A stretch of 64,000 nucleotides of DNA from Lama glama (Eukaryota), in contig CM052818.1 in NCBI GenBank assembly GCA_028534125.1, forward strand, positions 8,682,001 to 8,746,000, given 5' to 3'. The notes beneath the pieces were generated by a model that did not search any database, was not told the origin of the DNA, and worked only from the letters and a program-made list of their open reading frames with translations. Of this stretch, positions 1 to 13,904 are shown in pieces. Within the stretch, counting starts at the first letter, position 1; each line of letters opens with the position of its first letter. Made by a program: the position numbers and the translations under genes.

Positions 1-418
1 TTCTTAATTTTTCTTAGAATTATTATAGGAATCTACCACACAGTTAGGATTAAGTCTCTATTAACACTTTAGATATTGATTCAATTAGTTAATAATATTT
101 ATTGAGAGCAAAATATGTCAAGGGCACTCTGGCAACCAGTGGGTATAAGATGGTGAATGAGATGTAAATAGATCTTTCTCCCACAGGGCTCACAGTCTAT
201 AGTGGGATGCAGATAAGTAAACAGGAAGTTATGATATCATATAAGTGCTCTAATAGCAAAAACATAAGATGATGTAGGAATAGACTGGAGGGCAAACAAG
301 TCCAGATACAGAGGATCATCAAGAGATGACAGCTAACCTGAAACCAAGTCATGAGTAAGAACTGGGGAGAGAAAGAGGGACTAGAGTGATAAAATGGCCC
401 ATGACAAAGATAGCATTC

Positions 419-759
419 TGTGGTCTGGTTGTCAGTGTCCACCCCTTTCCCTCAAATTCATGTGCTAAAACTTCAATCCTCAAAGGTATTAGTTTGTGGG
501 ACCTTTGGCAGGTGCTTAGGTCATGAGGGTGGAACCCTCATGAACAGGGTTACTGCTCTTATAAAAAAGACTCGCCAGAGCTCCCTTGCCTCTTCCACCA
601 TGTGAGTTTACAAGGAGCAGTCTGCAACCTGGAAGAGGGCTCTCACCTGACTGAGCTGGGACCCTGACCTTGGACTTCCAGCCTCCAAATACATTTCTAT
701 TGTTTATAAGCCACCCAGCCTGTGGGATTTTGTTATTGCCGCCCGCACGAAGTAAGACA
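419..759 (+). mobile_element. MaLR solo LTR (MLT1A-like)
   Basis: TG...CA termini and MLT1-type motifs ttaggtcatgagggtggaaccctcatga, ttggacttccagcctcca and gtttataagccacccag. Confidence 0.8.
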
Positions 760-1295
760 CTCCATGTTTGAAAACCTAGAGGTAAAGGAAAACGTAGTAC
801 ACCCAAAGAACTGCAAAGAGGTCAGCAAGGCCCTGACGGAGACGACAGGGTGGGGAACGTCGAAAGATGAGGATGGGGTATGAGCAGACGTCATGTCATG
901 CAGGGCTCTGAACACCATGTTCAGAACTTGGGTCTTTATTCTGAGTGTGAAAAAGAGACACAGAATAGTTTTAAGCATACAAGTGACATAATCCAGTGAG
1001 TGCTTTAAAAGATTCTTCTGGTTGCAGCAAGGGTAACAGATGTACATGGGGCAAGGATATCAATTAGGAGTTGCAGAAAGCCAGGAGAGAGCTCTCAAAG
1101 AGCTAAGCTACGGCAGCAGCGGTGTGGATGAACACAACAGATAGATTAGAAAAATACATAGGACATTACGAAGAAGAGAGTCAAAGATGCTGCTCATGTG
1201 ACTGGTTGGAGCTGCTGAGAGGATAGTGGAACCAGTCCATGAGAAAGGGAGACAGAAAGAGGATTAGCCACTGGGGGGTCAGTTCAGTTTTAGGA

Positions 1296-1781
1296 TGTCG
1301 TGGAGCAAGGCTTTTTGTGCCCTGCTTTCTACCCTGTTGGCTCATCTCTGGCTTCCACGCTGTGGGGAACAGGTCCCTGAACTCTGACTATTTCCTGCAT
1401 GTGCTTTCCCCACACAGCCCTCTCCAGAGTTGGGGAAGTCCATTCAACCTGGCCAAGCTACAGCCCAGAAGTGTCTCAAGTTACCACTTCCTGGGGACGA
1501 TCTTCAACCAATGGGTGAGGGAGTGGACAATGGTGGTGGACAATGACCCAGCCTCCTTTCCTGCAGAGAGACAAATCTCAGTCACACAGATGGTGATTAC
1601 CAGTCTGTGCCCACAATGATTACAGCTCAGCACTGTGTCCTTTACAGACTCGTCCTCCTTCTCTGCTTTACTATTCTTGCTCCCTCACTCCTGCTTCTTG
1701 GAATTATCTTCCAAAAAAACTTCATGTATCTAAGCCCTTGTTCTAGGCTTTACTTGAGGGAGGGAGGTCCAAATGGAGATA
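1296..1781 (+). mobile_element. ERVL solo LTR (LTR16-like)
   Basis: The 3' end ccctcactcctgcttcttggaattatcttccaaaaaaac...aagcccttgttctaggct resembles the recalled LTR16 terminus. Confidence 0.55.
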
Positions 1782-2341
1782 AATTTCTGTAGGACTTCAA
1801 CATGAAGACCCACATTAGACCTTCAGGGGAAGAGTTTTGGGGTAGAAGCATAAATTTGTGCTTTCTTTCCAATGGAGGCTGAAAACATGGAAGTAAATGA
1901 AATCAGCCAGTGAGAAGAGAAAGGGGCTTAGGAGAGAAACTTGAGGAACAGTAACATTTCAGGCACTGGCAGAAGAAGAGACAAGGAGATTGACAAAGAG
2001 ATGACCAGAGAGACAAGAAAAGAATCAAGAGAGTTTGCAGACATTGAAGCTCAGGGAAAAGGAAGATTCAGGAAAGAGGGAATGATCAGTAGTGTTAAAT
2101 GCTACTGAGAAGTCAACAAAAGTATAGGTAAGTAGCCATCAGATTTAACGAATTGAGTTCCTTTGTGACCTGTTGAGAAAACAACTCTAAAAGCATGATG
2201 AGTCTGAAGCTAGGTTACAGGGAGTTGAGTGCTTGGGGTGAAGTGAGAATATGAAGAGAGTGAATACGGGGAACACTTTTAGGAAGTTTGGTTTTAAGGG
2301 GGAGAAGAAAGATGAGGAAATGGCTGGTTGAATGAGGCAGG

Positions 2342-2367
2342 GGTGCGTGTGTGTGTGTGTGTGTGTG
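2342..2367. repeat. (GT)n microsatellite
   Basis: Directly visible GT run. Confidence 0.95.
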
Positions 2368-3539
2368 TTAAGGTGTGAGAGAGCTGAGCCTGTTTGGAGT
2401 GTTTAGGCTCATTGGAAGTAGACTGACAGAGGAAAAGGGTGAAGGTAGGAAAGAGTGAAGAACAATGAAGATGAGTTTCTGAAAAAGAAAGGAAAGAGTG
2501 AATTCCAAATTGATAGCAGATTCAGTCTGAGGGAGGGATTTGCCTTCCATTGAAACAATAATACAGTTACTTGCCTATTTCAAAGATGATATAGGCAGAT
2601 AATTCCAAAGCATGTCTACACACTTCTTTTGCACCAAATTACCTCTTTCTGATAAACCTCTATTGAATTTAACCATTGCTAGTACTTGATAATAAATATA
2701 TAAGCCCATCAATTAATTGACTTGAGGTTGCCATCATGTCAAGACTGTAGTCTCTCAGATGTTACATGGGTATTTGCTTGCTTGTCTGTGAAAAACATGT
2801 GTCCCTCAGTTGAGGGAGAGAAAAGGAATCATCATTCAGCTTCCGTCTGGTAATCAGGCATTATGTGAACTCATCTGCCTTTTTAGAAGTCAGCAAGTCC
2901 CTTACTGCTTTGTGGTCTGTTCCTCATTTATAAACTGGGACTCATATAATTGGAATTTATGCTTGGATGGTGGTTTAGTCCTGGATGTCGGGCACAAGTT
3001 GGGCTCCCCTAAGTTAGACCTTTATCATCTACAAAGTTATAAATGAAAATAAGTGTTCCTAAAGACCCATTTTATACTATAAAATACCAAAATCATGAAA
3101 AGACAAATGTGATTTTACAATGATTCTCTAAGTTTGTAAAGAAAAAGTCAAAGTTTTAGATGATCCTCTTAGAGAATTATTTTCTATCAACTGGCTCAAG
3201 TGTCTTAAAAACATCAGTCCAAAGAAGTTCTAACTAAAGGTATTTTATTTTTCTGATAAATCTCCCTGAAGGAAGTAAATGCTTCAGTGCTCTAAAGATC
3301 TTCAAACTGTGATCAAAATTAGGGACATCTGTTTAAAAACTATCATTGCAGATTCAGTGGGTAGAAATCCCCTTTTTAAAAATTAATTAATTAATTAATT
3401 AAATTGATATAGAAACCTCTTTGAATGTTAAAGTTTTCCTTATTGCCGTGGTCTCTTCCTTTTCTCTTCCTCGCACTTCCTCATCCTCTTCCCATCCATG
3501 TTCCTGATTTTTATCAGCATTAAATACCCAAAGCACACA

Positions 3540-3900
3540 GTTGCCTTCATCTCTAGCAGGCTTTGTGGGCAAATTTACCTGATACTACTCTACTGCTTCT
3601 TGTGTCTTCTTCCCCCGAACAGTTAATGTTTTGCCAACAGTCTTCTGAAAGTGATCCAACCAGCTTTTGCTTGCAATAAAAACTTCCTCTGATGCTCTGA
3701 GATAGCTCTTTTTCAACATAAATGGGCAATGCCTTTGCAAGAGCATTGCCTGGTTTGGATGCATATGGATTGGCTTTATGTACACCTGCATCCATAAAAT
3801 CAAAAGTTGTTCTACTTCACTTTGAGCAACAACCAACAGAAAAGCAGCTTCAGTTTCCCTGTCACTGATGATGAGAGTCACAGGCAGTCGCATGGTGAGA
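3540..3900 (-). mobile_element. Tigger/pogo-family transposase relic (CENP-B-type HTH region)
   Basis: Overlapping minus-strand ORFs (3585-3893 and 3553-3795) give EVEQLLILWM, AKALPIY and FIASKSWLDHFQK. These resemble the E.E..L..W, KA and F.AS.GW..FK motifs of Tigger/CENP-B HTH domains, split by frameshifts. Confidence 0.6.
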
Positions 3901-6629
3901 TTTGACCAATTCTGGGAGAGTCATATTTACAATAATAAAGGTCATAACAGCAGGGGTCTAAAGTGACGCTATTGTGAGTCAGGAGCCATCTGCACTCTTC
4001 TATCTGCGTTTATTTTGAGGATTAAGAGCATAAGGTGCTTTAAAAACTGCAAAACCTTATACAAGTGGGAGGAATTACTGTAATCCAAACCTGTATAATA
4101 TATACAAAAACACACAAACCAAACAGCACTAATGCATTGCTCACACAGGTCTGTGTAGTTAGAATCTGAAGCATTTCTTTTCCCTAAAAATCACAGGTTT
4201 CTTCTTGCAGAGTTTAAGAAGGATTTGGGTCACCAGAGAAGACTCGCACCGAGTGAACAATCCACCCGTGACTGGGAAAGGAGCCATTCTTCCTCCAGCC
4301 TCCTCCCTGGTCCTCCCCCATCCCCCTCCATTGCCCATAGTCTGCCCCCTAGCCTTTTGCAGGGCTCACTGTCTGCCCTCAGGAATGACATCTCTCGCCT
4401 TGGAGTTTTCAGGCTTGAAAGATTCTGACAGAAACCCATGAAAGCACGAAACAGCACCGTACCATTCAAATCTGAACCAGTCTTCCACCTCAGTGACAGA
4501 CTGTTAAATGAAAAAGTTCGCCCCTCCCAAAAGCTTTTAAAGGATCAATATTTCTTTAAGTATAAAAGGAAGAAAGAAAAACCCAACAAACTTGTTATAA
4601 ACAAAGCAATTTGAAATTCTAGTCACATTCCCAAAGTCAAAAGATCATTTTTCAACAGGATGCCCCTATTAATGCCTTGTGTGATTTTGGGGAAGGCTTC
4701 AGGCAGCAAATGCTTCAGAAATTCAATCTGGGTTTTGCTGTCCCACCTACTCCTACAGTGCTGAAGTGCCCTATTGGTTCTGAGAAACGAAGCCTCAAAG
4801 CAACTGCCAAGCCATTTCTCCCTTAAGCTTCTAAAAATTAACACAACATGGGAATGCTGAGTACATTCATATGCATTAATTCAATGATGTTTTTAAGTCC
4901 CAACCACATCTACATGTGTTGTCCCTTTCTCTGAGCTGCCCACGATTTACTTCTAGTGTTTCTTACATCACTAGAACAACAGCTACAATAACCACCACAC
5001 GAATTTCACTAGAATAAACATGATCAGTAGCCCCTGTAATTCTCCATGAAAGCTGAAAATAAGGAAAAGTAGAAAAGAGTTATAAGAAATGTGGTTCCCT
5101 TGAGTCCAATCATGATTCATTTTCATGCTTACTTCCAATGTTAGTTACTTCAAAGATAGTTTATAGATCTTTCAAGTCTCCATCAAAGATTAAGCTGGGA
5201 GAAATGGATCTCTGGACCCGACCTTGGTACAATGCTTCATAGTTTACAAAACACCTCTATGCTCATGATTTCCTTCCATCCACAAAACAATAACTGTTGG
5301 GTAGGTGTTACTGTAGATGAAGAAACTGAACCTCAGAGAACTCAGTAGACACTTCTAGGATGCTCAAAACCAGACCATCTGACTCTTGCCATCAACCCAT
5401 CTTTCCTTAGCTAGAGGAATACAAAGATAATAGGAGATAAGAAATGATCCTCTGAGAAATCTTCAACTGTAAAGCATACAGAAAAATTCAAAAAGGGAGA
5501 GGATCACAAAAAACACATTAAAAAGACAATCCTGATTTGTTTTTTTGTAGGCACACAAACACACATATTGCAGCTTATGTTTTTCAATTATAATCTATTT
5601 TTCTTCTAACAGGTCTGATGGTGTTAATAAAATTGGAAAAAGTAAACAAAAACCATTTTAAATAATGTGTATTTCTATTGATTTATTTGTGGTGGTGTTG
5701 ACACTGGAGCAGCTCTTAGGCTATCTTCTTACACATAATAATTATTATTTACTGATGCAAAGCTCTATGGATGTGACTAAAGTGTCAGTGACATAAAGAA
5801 AAGCCTGTTTAAATGATCTGCGAAGCAGGGCCACAGCTGTAACTCTGCCCTGGCAGAGTCTGTCAAGTAAATAGCATGATCTTTTCAAACATAGCCGTAT
5901 TATTTTCTTCCTGGCATTTTTAATTTGTTAAAACTCTCACTGTGCATGCTTGTCTTCCTAATAACAATGGCAAATGGCCAATCTCTGTATTTATCTCTTG
6001 CACACACATTACTTCTATATATATTTGATCTGGTTTCTATATTTAAGGATATGTACCTTAAGGATATGGTGAATGTACCTAGCTGCAAATTTTAAACAGC
6101 ATTCTGTGACTGATAAGATATAACCTATAACTCAGTGATGTAACACTCAAGAATGCCAAATAGAACAATTTCGTTTGAGATGCTACCAGAGTGGCCCAAG
6201 ATCAATGGTTGGGTCTGCCTAGAAGAAAAAAAAAGAAGAAACCCAAACACCATGATGCTTCAAAATTGCTGATACTTGGTTTTGTAAGACATACTACATC
6301 TGATATTTATAGGCTTAGTCTCATTGCCAGAGCCCAGGAGCATCTGTCTGGGATCCCAGCCATTGTCTACCAACTTACTTGTACCTTGCTAGATATATGA
6401 ATTTCCAACAGCTTTCTAATTTAGAAATGAAGGGTGGATTTTCAACGACTTTAATTTTATTCATAACTTAAAGATTAGATACTAAAATAGGAGCCACCTA
6501 ACATGACTGCCAACAAAATTAATCTTTAATATAAATCCCTTAAGGCAGGACTTTTCTCTCCATACAATTATACAGTCTCAGGATGGATGAAATCTTGGAG
6601 GTTATTGAAGCCAACCACTCTTTCCAGAC

Positions 6630-6860
6630 AATTTGGTGCATTGGTTTAAGAGCTGGGGCTCTGAAAACAGACTGCCTGAGCCTGTACCCGAGCTTTCATA
6701 CTTAAACTGTCTATGTGACACCAGGCAGGCCTTTAGATTCTCTACTCTTCTGTTTTGTTTGTTAAATGAGAATACAATAGGACGTCCCCCATTGGGTTGC
6801 CATGATTAAATGAGATAGTGCAGGGCTCAGTACACGCACACGTGGGTGCTCCAGAAATGT
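6630..6860 (+). mobile_element. MIR SINE
   Basis: MIR core-like motifs (ggctctgaaaacagactgcctgag...tgtgaca, aaatgagaata, gattaaatgagata). Confidence 0.65.
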
Positions 6861-8419
6861 GAGCTTTCTCGTTTCTACAGCACTAGGGAGTCCTGCAGCA
6901 TTCCCACCCCGTGGTCACTCAGCCTTTGGCTGAAAACCTCTTGTGACAAAGACTTTCCCTCCTCCTAAGGCATCCCTCTAACAATTTTGAATCACTAACT
7001 CCTAAAAGTTCTGCCAGAGCTTAAATCTCTCTTCTTGCCTTTTAGTGACCTTGATTACACTTCCTTGGGACTTTCAGGAAAAAAATTAATCACTGTTCCA
7101 CACAACAATTTTTTCTTTAAATAGCTTAAAACAATCTAATTTGGCACCCCCCACACATTCTTTTTTTAACCTCCTGTAAGTCTTTTCCCCATTTAAAATA
7201 TTTTCAAATCCTTTCCTCACCACCATGTGTCACCTCTGTGTCCCCTCTGTGTCACCATCATGTTTATTTCCCTATAAATCTCTTTTGGTTTATGTCCACA
7301 CAATACTTTTTCTTTCTAATCTGTATAGAATATTTTATTTTTCTTCATTTCTCTATACATACACACACATATGTATGTACACACACACATAAAGACCCAT
7401 GTATATTTACAGAAATCGAATTTTAACAAAGCACTGGAGTAGTTCTTGGTGCAGTTGTTTTTATTTTTCCCTTTCTTTTTACTTTTTGGCTTGTCTTTTT
7501 GGCTGTAAAACCCTTCTCTCTCACTACCCAAAAACCACTAGCTATAGACTGAATGTTTGTGGTCATCCCCCACATCCCCTCTGCACCACCACCAGATTCA
7601 TACACTGGAATCTAACCCCCAATCACACAGTACTCTTAAAATGTGATACACACAGCTAATGAAATGGCTTAGGGGAAGACTAAGAGATTAAAAGTATATG
7701 AAATTCTGATCCTGAATTAATGACAATTTAGTTTCCTCCTTTCTAATCCTTGCACCTTTTCTTTCTTTTTTTTTTTTTGCCTGGTTCAATGTTGAATAAA
7801 ATGTGGGGAGGTGGCAGGAGCAGTAGTAGGTATCTCTGTCTCCTTGATACTATGTCAAACAAATTTGGTCAGAACTTGCATTCAATCTATTGGAAATGGA
7901 GGTGTGGCTACAAGAAGCATAGAGGTTTCCTGAGTTTTAATAGAGGTTAATGCTGTGATGTCTGTATCAATCTCAAAGAAAAATGGATAATTGAGGCTAC
8001 ACTTTTTATAATTTGTTTCACTATGAAAATGGTCTGCCTTATCTTGCATATGAGGAAGTGGTTTTTTTTTCCTCCTTTGAGGAAGTGTTTTTGATTACAC
8101 AGCTTCTCCAACAGTTGTTAAAATACTGGCCAATAAAACAATCTCAAGCACATTAAAATCAAACGTACTCTGAAGCTTTGATAGTGTTAAAGGACCATAG
8201 CTTTCCTGGTTCTAGACATTAAGCTTTACTAACGAAGCCCAAGACCCCAGTAGTTTTTCGGCAGCCAAAGCACACTGATGCTGGCAACCTCAAAACTCTC
8301 CCAACCAGAGGTTATATAACTGGTATTCTGAACCTGAGAGCTGGTCTTTAGTCTATTCATATTAAATATTATATGATGGAATAAGGTAAATAGTTATATA
8401 ATTTGAGGATCTCTTTCTG

Positions 8420-9000
8420 AGTAGGACATGAAAGGCAAAAACAATTTAAAAAACAATAAAATGAATGATAGATTAATGGCTTAAAGGTGAAAGTCTTGGT
8501 GTCAAAAAATAAATTTCAGAAATAAAAGCAGACAAACTTGGGAGAAATATTTACAATACGTATTTCAAGAAAGGATTAATATGCTTAATATACAAAAGAC
8601 CTTAAGAAACATTAAGATACACACTCTAGTTAAAAAATGAACAAAAAAGACACAAACATAGATGCTCCAAAAGAAGAAATGCAAATAGCCAACATATGCA
8701 TGAAAAAATGTTCAACTTCACTGATATTCAAAGAAAATCAAAACAAAGCAAGACTCTAATTTGTGCTTATAAAATTGGCAGGAATTTTGAAAATCATCAT
8801 ATCCAATGGTGAAGAAATGGGGAAATGGGCCAAGATTTTCATACATTGCTAGGAGTTTATCAGAAAGAAATAACTATAACATTTTTCTAAAAGTAATGTC
8901 ATAAGAATATTCATGGTAATCTAAAAGGCAAAACGGGGGAGACACATTCTAATTGCATAAATAATAGTACAGTCATGCAATTGAGAAAATATTATTTAAT
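8420..9000 (+). mobile_element. Old L1M fragment (3' part of ORF2)
   Basis: L1 motifs ttgggagaaatatttacaa, caaatagccaacatatgcatgaaaaaatgttcaacttcact and tcatacattgct. Confidence 0.7.
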
Positions 9001-9299
9001 GATTTGAAAACCTGTTTGATTTTTTAAGCAAAAAAAAAAAAGTTTCGAAAACAGTTTTTACAGCATTTTCCTGAAAGGAGATTGGTTAACTAAACTATAG
9101 TATATTAAAATAATGCTGTAAAATAATAATTAATGATTTGGAAATGTTTATGATTCCTAAGTGATAAAATATTTAGAAAATAGTATTATTATTCTAATTA
9201 TGTTTTCCACAAAAAAAGTAGACTGTAAAAAAGAATAATTTTCTCAATATTTGGCAATGAGCATATATTATTTTTGTAAAAACATTTTTTAATGTTATC

Positions 9300-9660
9300 T
9301 TGTTAGACTTAGCCATTGTTCCAGCTTGTAGGATCCCACTAAACAATATTTTTCCTCAGTAAACTTGATAAGCATGTCCTCAACAAAAAGGGTGATAAAA
9401 ATGTTGACTGGAACAAGGTCAAGGGGAGAACTTCATAGTAAAAACAAAAGCAAAAGCAAAAATAAAAACAACCTCCATCCAGGTTGAAGCAATTCATTAA
9501 TTAGTATCCTTTGGGTATGATCACTTAATAAGTTTCTAATCCACTAACTTACATTTAGTGAAAATTTCTCAATCTTGTCGATAAGGTTTTACATGTCTTC
9601 ATAAAGCACTTTGCTAAAGCTCAGCTACACATTCAGCCACATTTCCCTGATACATTAGTC
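9300..9660 (-). mobile_element. CR1/L3 LINE relic
   Basis: aaacttgataagcatg...atgttgactggaacaagg...acctccatccaggttga...ctttgctaaagctcagctacac resembles antisense CR1 RT sequence. Confidence 0.45.
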
Positions 9661-10247
9661 TCTTGATTGCAGTGAAGGTAGACTCATTTAGGTCACCTTA
9701 AGAAATTAGGTTTTTTGTAAGTTTACACATCCAGTACTTAAAACTAAGTAGATCCCAAGAATCAAGGAAGTTCTCGAGAAAAATATGCTCTTTCCACTTT
9801 CTCTTTTACGACCTACATGTTCCTATCTCAAGATCTTGCTTCTGTTTCAGGATTTTGTTTGCTCTTCAGCTTCTTCTGCGTTGTCCCCCTCCAAATCATG
9901 AGACAGCTAATCTAAGCAGCCACCACTGTGCGAAGAATAGCCCAACCCTGCTTTCCTGAGCAGGAGGCTACGGGTGAGTCATTCTCATCTAGAAGTTAAA
10001 CACTGGGTATGGTAGGCACTGTGACTGATGTGTCTGATACTACTAATTTGGTAACTCTTGCAAAGAAAATGAGGTTAGAATGACATTATTTTTTTCAGAG
10101 TGAATAGTTTCTGCCTAATAATCACAAATTTTACGTTTATATATCCACAAAGCATGAGGAGGGGAAAAAAGATAGGAAAAAATGGGAAAAAGCAATATTT
10201 GAATAAATAATGGCCAATAATTTTCTAAAAATCCAAAATATATCAGC

Positions 10248-11260
10248 CACACACATGAAAAGATCCTTGACAGCACCATTATTAGAGAAATGCAAATCAA
10301 AAATACAATGAGATTTCACCTCACACTGGTCAGAATGACCATCAGTAAAAAGTCTACAAATAAATGCTGGAGAGGGTGCAGAGAAAAAGGAACCCTCCTA
10401 CAGTGTTGGTGGAACTGTAAATTGGTACAGCCACTATGGAAAACAGTATAAGGGGGGAGGGTATAGCTCAAGTGGTAGAGTGCATGCTTAGCATGCACAA
10501 GGTCCTAGGTTAAATCCCCAGTACCTCCTCTAAAAATAAATAAACCTAATTACCTCCTCCCCGCCCCCCCAAAAATACAGTATGGAAGTTCCTTAAAAAA
10601 CTAAAAATAGAGTTATAATATGATCCAGCAATCCCACTTCTGGGCATATATCCAGAGAAAACTCTAATCTGAAAAGATACATGCCCCACAATGTTTGTAA
10701 CAGCACTATTTACAATAGCTAAGACATGGAAACAACCTAAATGTCCATCAACAGATGAATGGATAAGGAAGATGTGGTATATATATATGATGGACTACTA
10801 CTCAGCCATAAAAAATAATAAAATAATGCCATTTGCAGCAACATGGATTTACCTAGAGATTATCATACTAAGTGAATTAAGTCAGAAAGAAAAAGACAAA
10901 TGCCATAAGATACCACTTATATGTGGAATCTAAAATTTGATACAAATGAACTTATTTGCAAAACAGAAATAGACTCACAGACATAGAAAAAATTATGGTT
11001 ACCAAAGGGGACAAGGGGTGGGGGAGGGATAAATTAAGAGTTTGGAATTAGCAGATACAAATTACTATATACAAAATAGACAAATAATAAGGTCCTACTG
11101 AATAGTACAGGGAACTATATTCAATATTCTGTAATAAACCATAGTGGAAAAGAATATGAAAAAGAATATATATACGTATAACTGAATCACTTTGCTGTAC
11201 ACCAGAAACTAACACTACATTGTAAATAAACTGTACTTAATTATAAAATAAAACAAAACC
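10248..11260 (+). mobile_element. 5'-truncated younger L1 (ORF2 C-terminus plus 3' UTR) with a perfect 15-bp TSD
   Basis: ORF 10691-10933 ([25 protein letters not shown]...) is the L1 ORF2 C-terminus. TSD ccaaaatatatcagc at 10233-10247 and 11261-11275. Confidence 0.93.
10452..10576 (+). mobile_element. tRNA-Ala-derived SINE (Vic-1-like)
   Basis: Head gggagggtatagctcaagtggtagagtgcatgcttagcatgcacaaggtcctaggttaaatccccagtacctcc with family tail aaacctaattacctc. TSD acagtat at 10443-10449 and 10577-10583. Confidence 0.9.
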
Positions 11261-12529
11261 CCAAAATATATCAGCATAAAAAGGGCCATTGAACCTCAAG
11301 AGATATGAATTTTAAAAAATTAAAAATTCACATCTAAACATATCATAGTCAAACACTGAAAACCAAAGACAAAGTAAAATCTTCAAAGTAGCCAGAGAAA
11401 AAGACACAGTATCTTCAAAGGGATAAAAATAAGACTAACAATTGCTTTATCATCAGAAACAATGAAAAAAGACAATGGTGTCTGTCATCTTTAAAGATTC
11501 TGACAACCTAGAATTCTACACCCAGTGAAATCACCTTCAAAAATGAAAGCAAAATGAAAAAATTTCAGATCAACAAAACCTGAGAGAATTTATTGCTAGT
11601 AAACTGGTATGAAAGGAAGAGGGAATATAGTCCTGGAGAGAAGCACAGAAGTATAAAAAGAAATAAAGAGCAATAGAGTAAAAGCCTGGGTAAATCCAAA
11701 TGAATATCAACAGAAAATGATAATAATAACATATTCTCATGTTTCAATTATATGTAGAATTAAAATATGTGACAACATTAATACAAAAGGCAGGACAGGG
11801 GCAAGTAGAGGGTTCTAAAGTCCTTACACTGTCTAGGAAGTGGTAATGTATTAATTTGTATTAGATTCAAGGATGTATTTTTCTCCAGGGTCAACACAAA
11901 AGGGGTAATAAAAAACGTATATCTAACAAGCTAATAGATGGACCTATAAAATAATTTAAAATAAATCCAAAGAAAGCAAGAGAGAAGAGAAAAGATAACA
12001 GAAAAAATGAGAGAAAAAGAAAACAAATGAGATGACATTTAAACTCAGATGTTTCAGTAATTATTTAAAATATGAATAGACTAAACTATTCAATAGAAAA
12101 CAAAGATGATCAGACTAGATTAGAGAAAAACCTATATGCTGATGACAAGAAATATAGCTTAAGAAAACAGATTGAAAATGAAAAGATGGAAAAAATATAC
12201 TACCAAACACTTACCAAAAAGCTAAAAGATGGATTATATGGTAAAGCAAAAAATTTCTAGAGTTACAATAAGATTTTCACAATGATAAAAAAAGATCAAT
12301 TCACCAAGAAGGCATAACAATTCTAAATTTCTAAGTTCTTAATAACATAGTTTCAAAATATCATAAGAATATTGACAGAACTAAGAGGAGAAACAGACAA
12401 ATCCACAATCAGAATGAAAGGTTTTTAACACATCTTCCTCAGTAGCTGATAGGACAGACAAAAAAATCAAAATATAGAAGATTTAACTAACATTTAACAA
12501 ACACAACCTAATTAACTTACATAGAATGT

Positions 12530-13223
12530 TCTTATTAGTCAGAGAAACAAAACTAATAGAAGATAGACAGATAGATAGACAGACAGATGCATACACAGAG
12601 TTTACTCTTGAACAATGCAAGTTTGAACTTCGTGAGTCCATCTACACGTTTTTTTTTCAGTAGTAAATATTACATGATCCAAGGTTGGTTGAATCCCAGG
12701 ATGCAGAATGGGGGAATCTGAGGAACCACATACAGGGAGGACCAACTATAAGTTACATGCAGATTTTCCATTGCATGAAGAGTCACACCTTTAACCCCCT
12801 TGCTTTTCAAGGGTCAACGTATAGATAAATACGCATATGTGTGTGTATTTTTTTAATAGGAATTAGCTCACTAAGGGTTATGGGAACAGAGAAGTCCCAG
12901 AATCTGCTGTCTATAATTAGGAAAGCTGATGGTACAATTGAAGTCTGAAGGCTTGAGAATGAAGAGCTCTAATGCCTGAGGACAGGAAAAGATGGACATT
13001 CCAGCTCAAGAACAGAGAGAGTGAATTCACCCTTCCTTCCCCTTTTTGTTCCATTTGGGCCCCAGTGGATTTGGGGGGGGGTTCTTCTCTTAGTCTACTA
13101 AATCAAATACTAATCTCTTCCGGAAACACCCTCACAAACACACCCAAAAATAATATTTTATCAGCTATCTGCATATTATTTAAGTGACATCCATCAGGTT
13201 GACTCATAAAATTAACTATCACA
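12530..13223 (-). mobile_element. ERVL LTR (MLT2-like) inserted in the old L1
   Basis: tattagtcagagaaacaaaactaataga with (GATA/GACA)n, ggaattagctcac, and the terminus ataaaattaactatcaca. Confidence 0.7.
12596..12819. mobile_element. Tigger2/MER8-like MITE inside the MLT2 LTR
   Basis: Degenerate terminal inverted repeats tttactcttgaacaa and ttttcaagggtcaac, matching the recalled CAGTTGACCCTTGAACAA TIR. Confidence 0.7.
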
Positions 13224-13641
13224 ACATTGCATCCAACAACTGAAGGAAACACATTCTTTTCAAGACTACTTGGACATTTATTAAAATTGACCACATGCTA
13301 GACGATAAAGCAAGTCTCAACAAATATCAAAAGATTGGAATTATACTAAGTTTTCTGACTATAATGGAATTAAGCCAGAAATCAACTACAAAAATATAAG
13401 AAGTTTCCTAATGTTCAGAAATAAAGCAATATACTTCCAAGTATCCCGTAGGTCAAAGTAGAGATCTCAATGGAAATTAGAACGTATTTTCAAAAAAATG
13501 ATAACAAAAATACTACATATAAAAATGTGTAGAGTGCCATAAAAGCCAAACTTAAAGGAAATTTTATAACTTCTAATGCATATATTAAAAAATAAGAAAG
13601 TCTGTCATGGACAGAGAATACAGACTTGTGGTTACCGGGGG

Positions 13642-13741
13642 NNNNNNNNNNNNNNNNNNNNNNNNNNNNNNNNNNNNNNNNNNNNNNNNNNNNNNNNNNN
13701 NNNNNNNNNNNNNNNNNNNNNNNNNNNNNNNNNNNNNNNNN
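13642..13741. other. Assembly gap (100 N)
   Basis: Run of N. Confidence 1.
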
Positions 13742-13904
13742 AGAAAACCAAATGCCAAATATTGGTTCTTTGAAAAGACTAATACAGTTGCAAACCTCTG
13801 TCAACACTGATCAAGAAAAAAAAAACAAAGAAAGTACAACAAAGGAGGTACAAATAACTAATACCAAGAAGAAGAGATATCAGCATAGATCCAACAGCAT
13901 TAAG

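Larger units (their letters stand above)
85..2550 (-). mobile_element. LINE-2 (L2) relic, interrupted by two LTRs
   Basis: Typical L2 3' end on the minus strand (aatatttattgag...ctcacagtcta...taagtgct), followed by purine-rich degraded L2 body. Boundaries are approximate. Confidence 0.6.

Noticed and set aside
10452..10530. Apparent tRNA-Ala genes (also at 18270, 19530, 42752, 48925 and 54227)
   Set aside because: They have diverged stems and A-rich or family-specific tails, and several have TSDs, so they are SINEs rather than tRNA genes.
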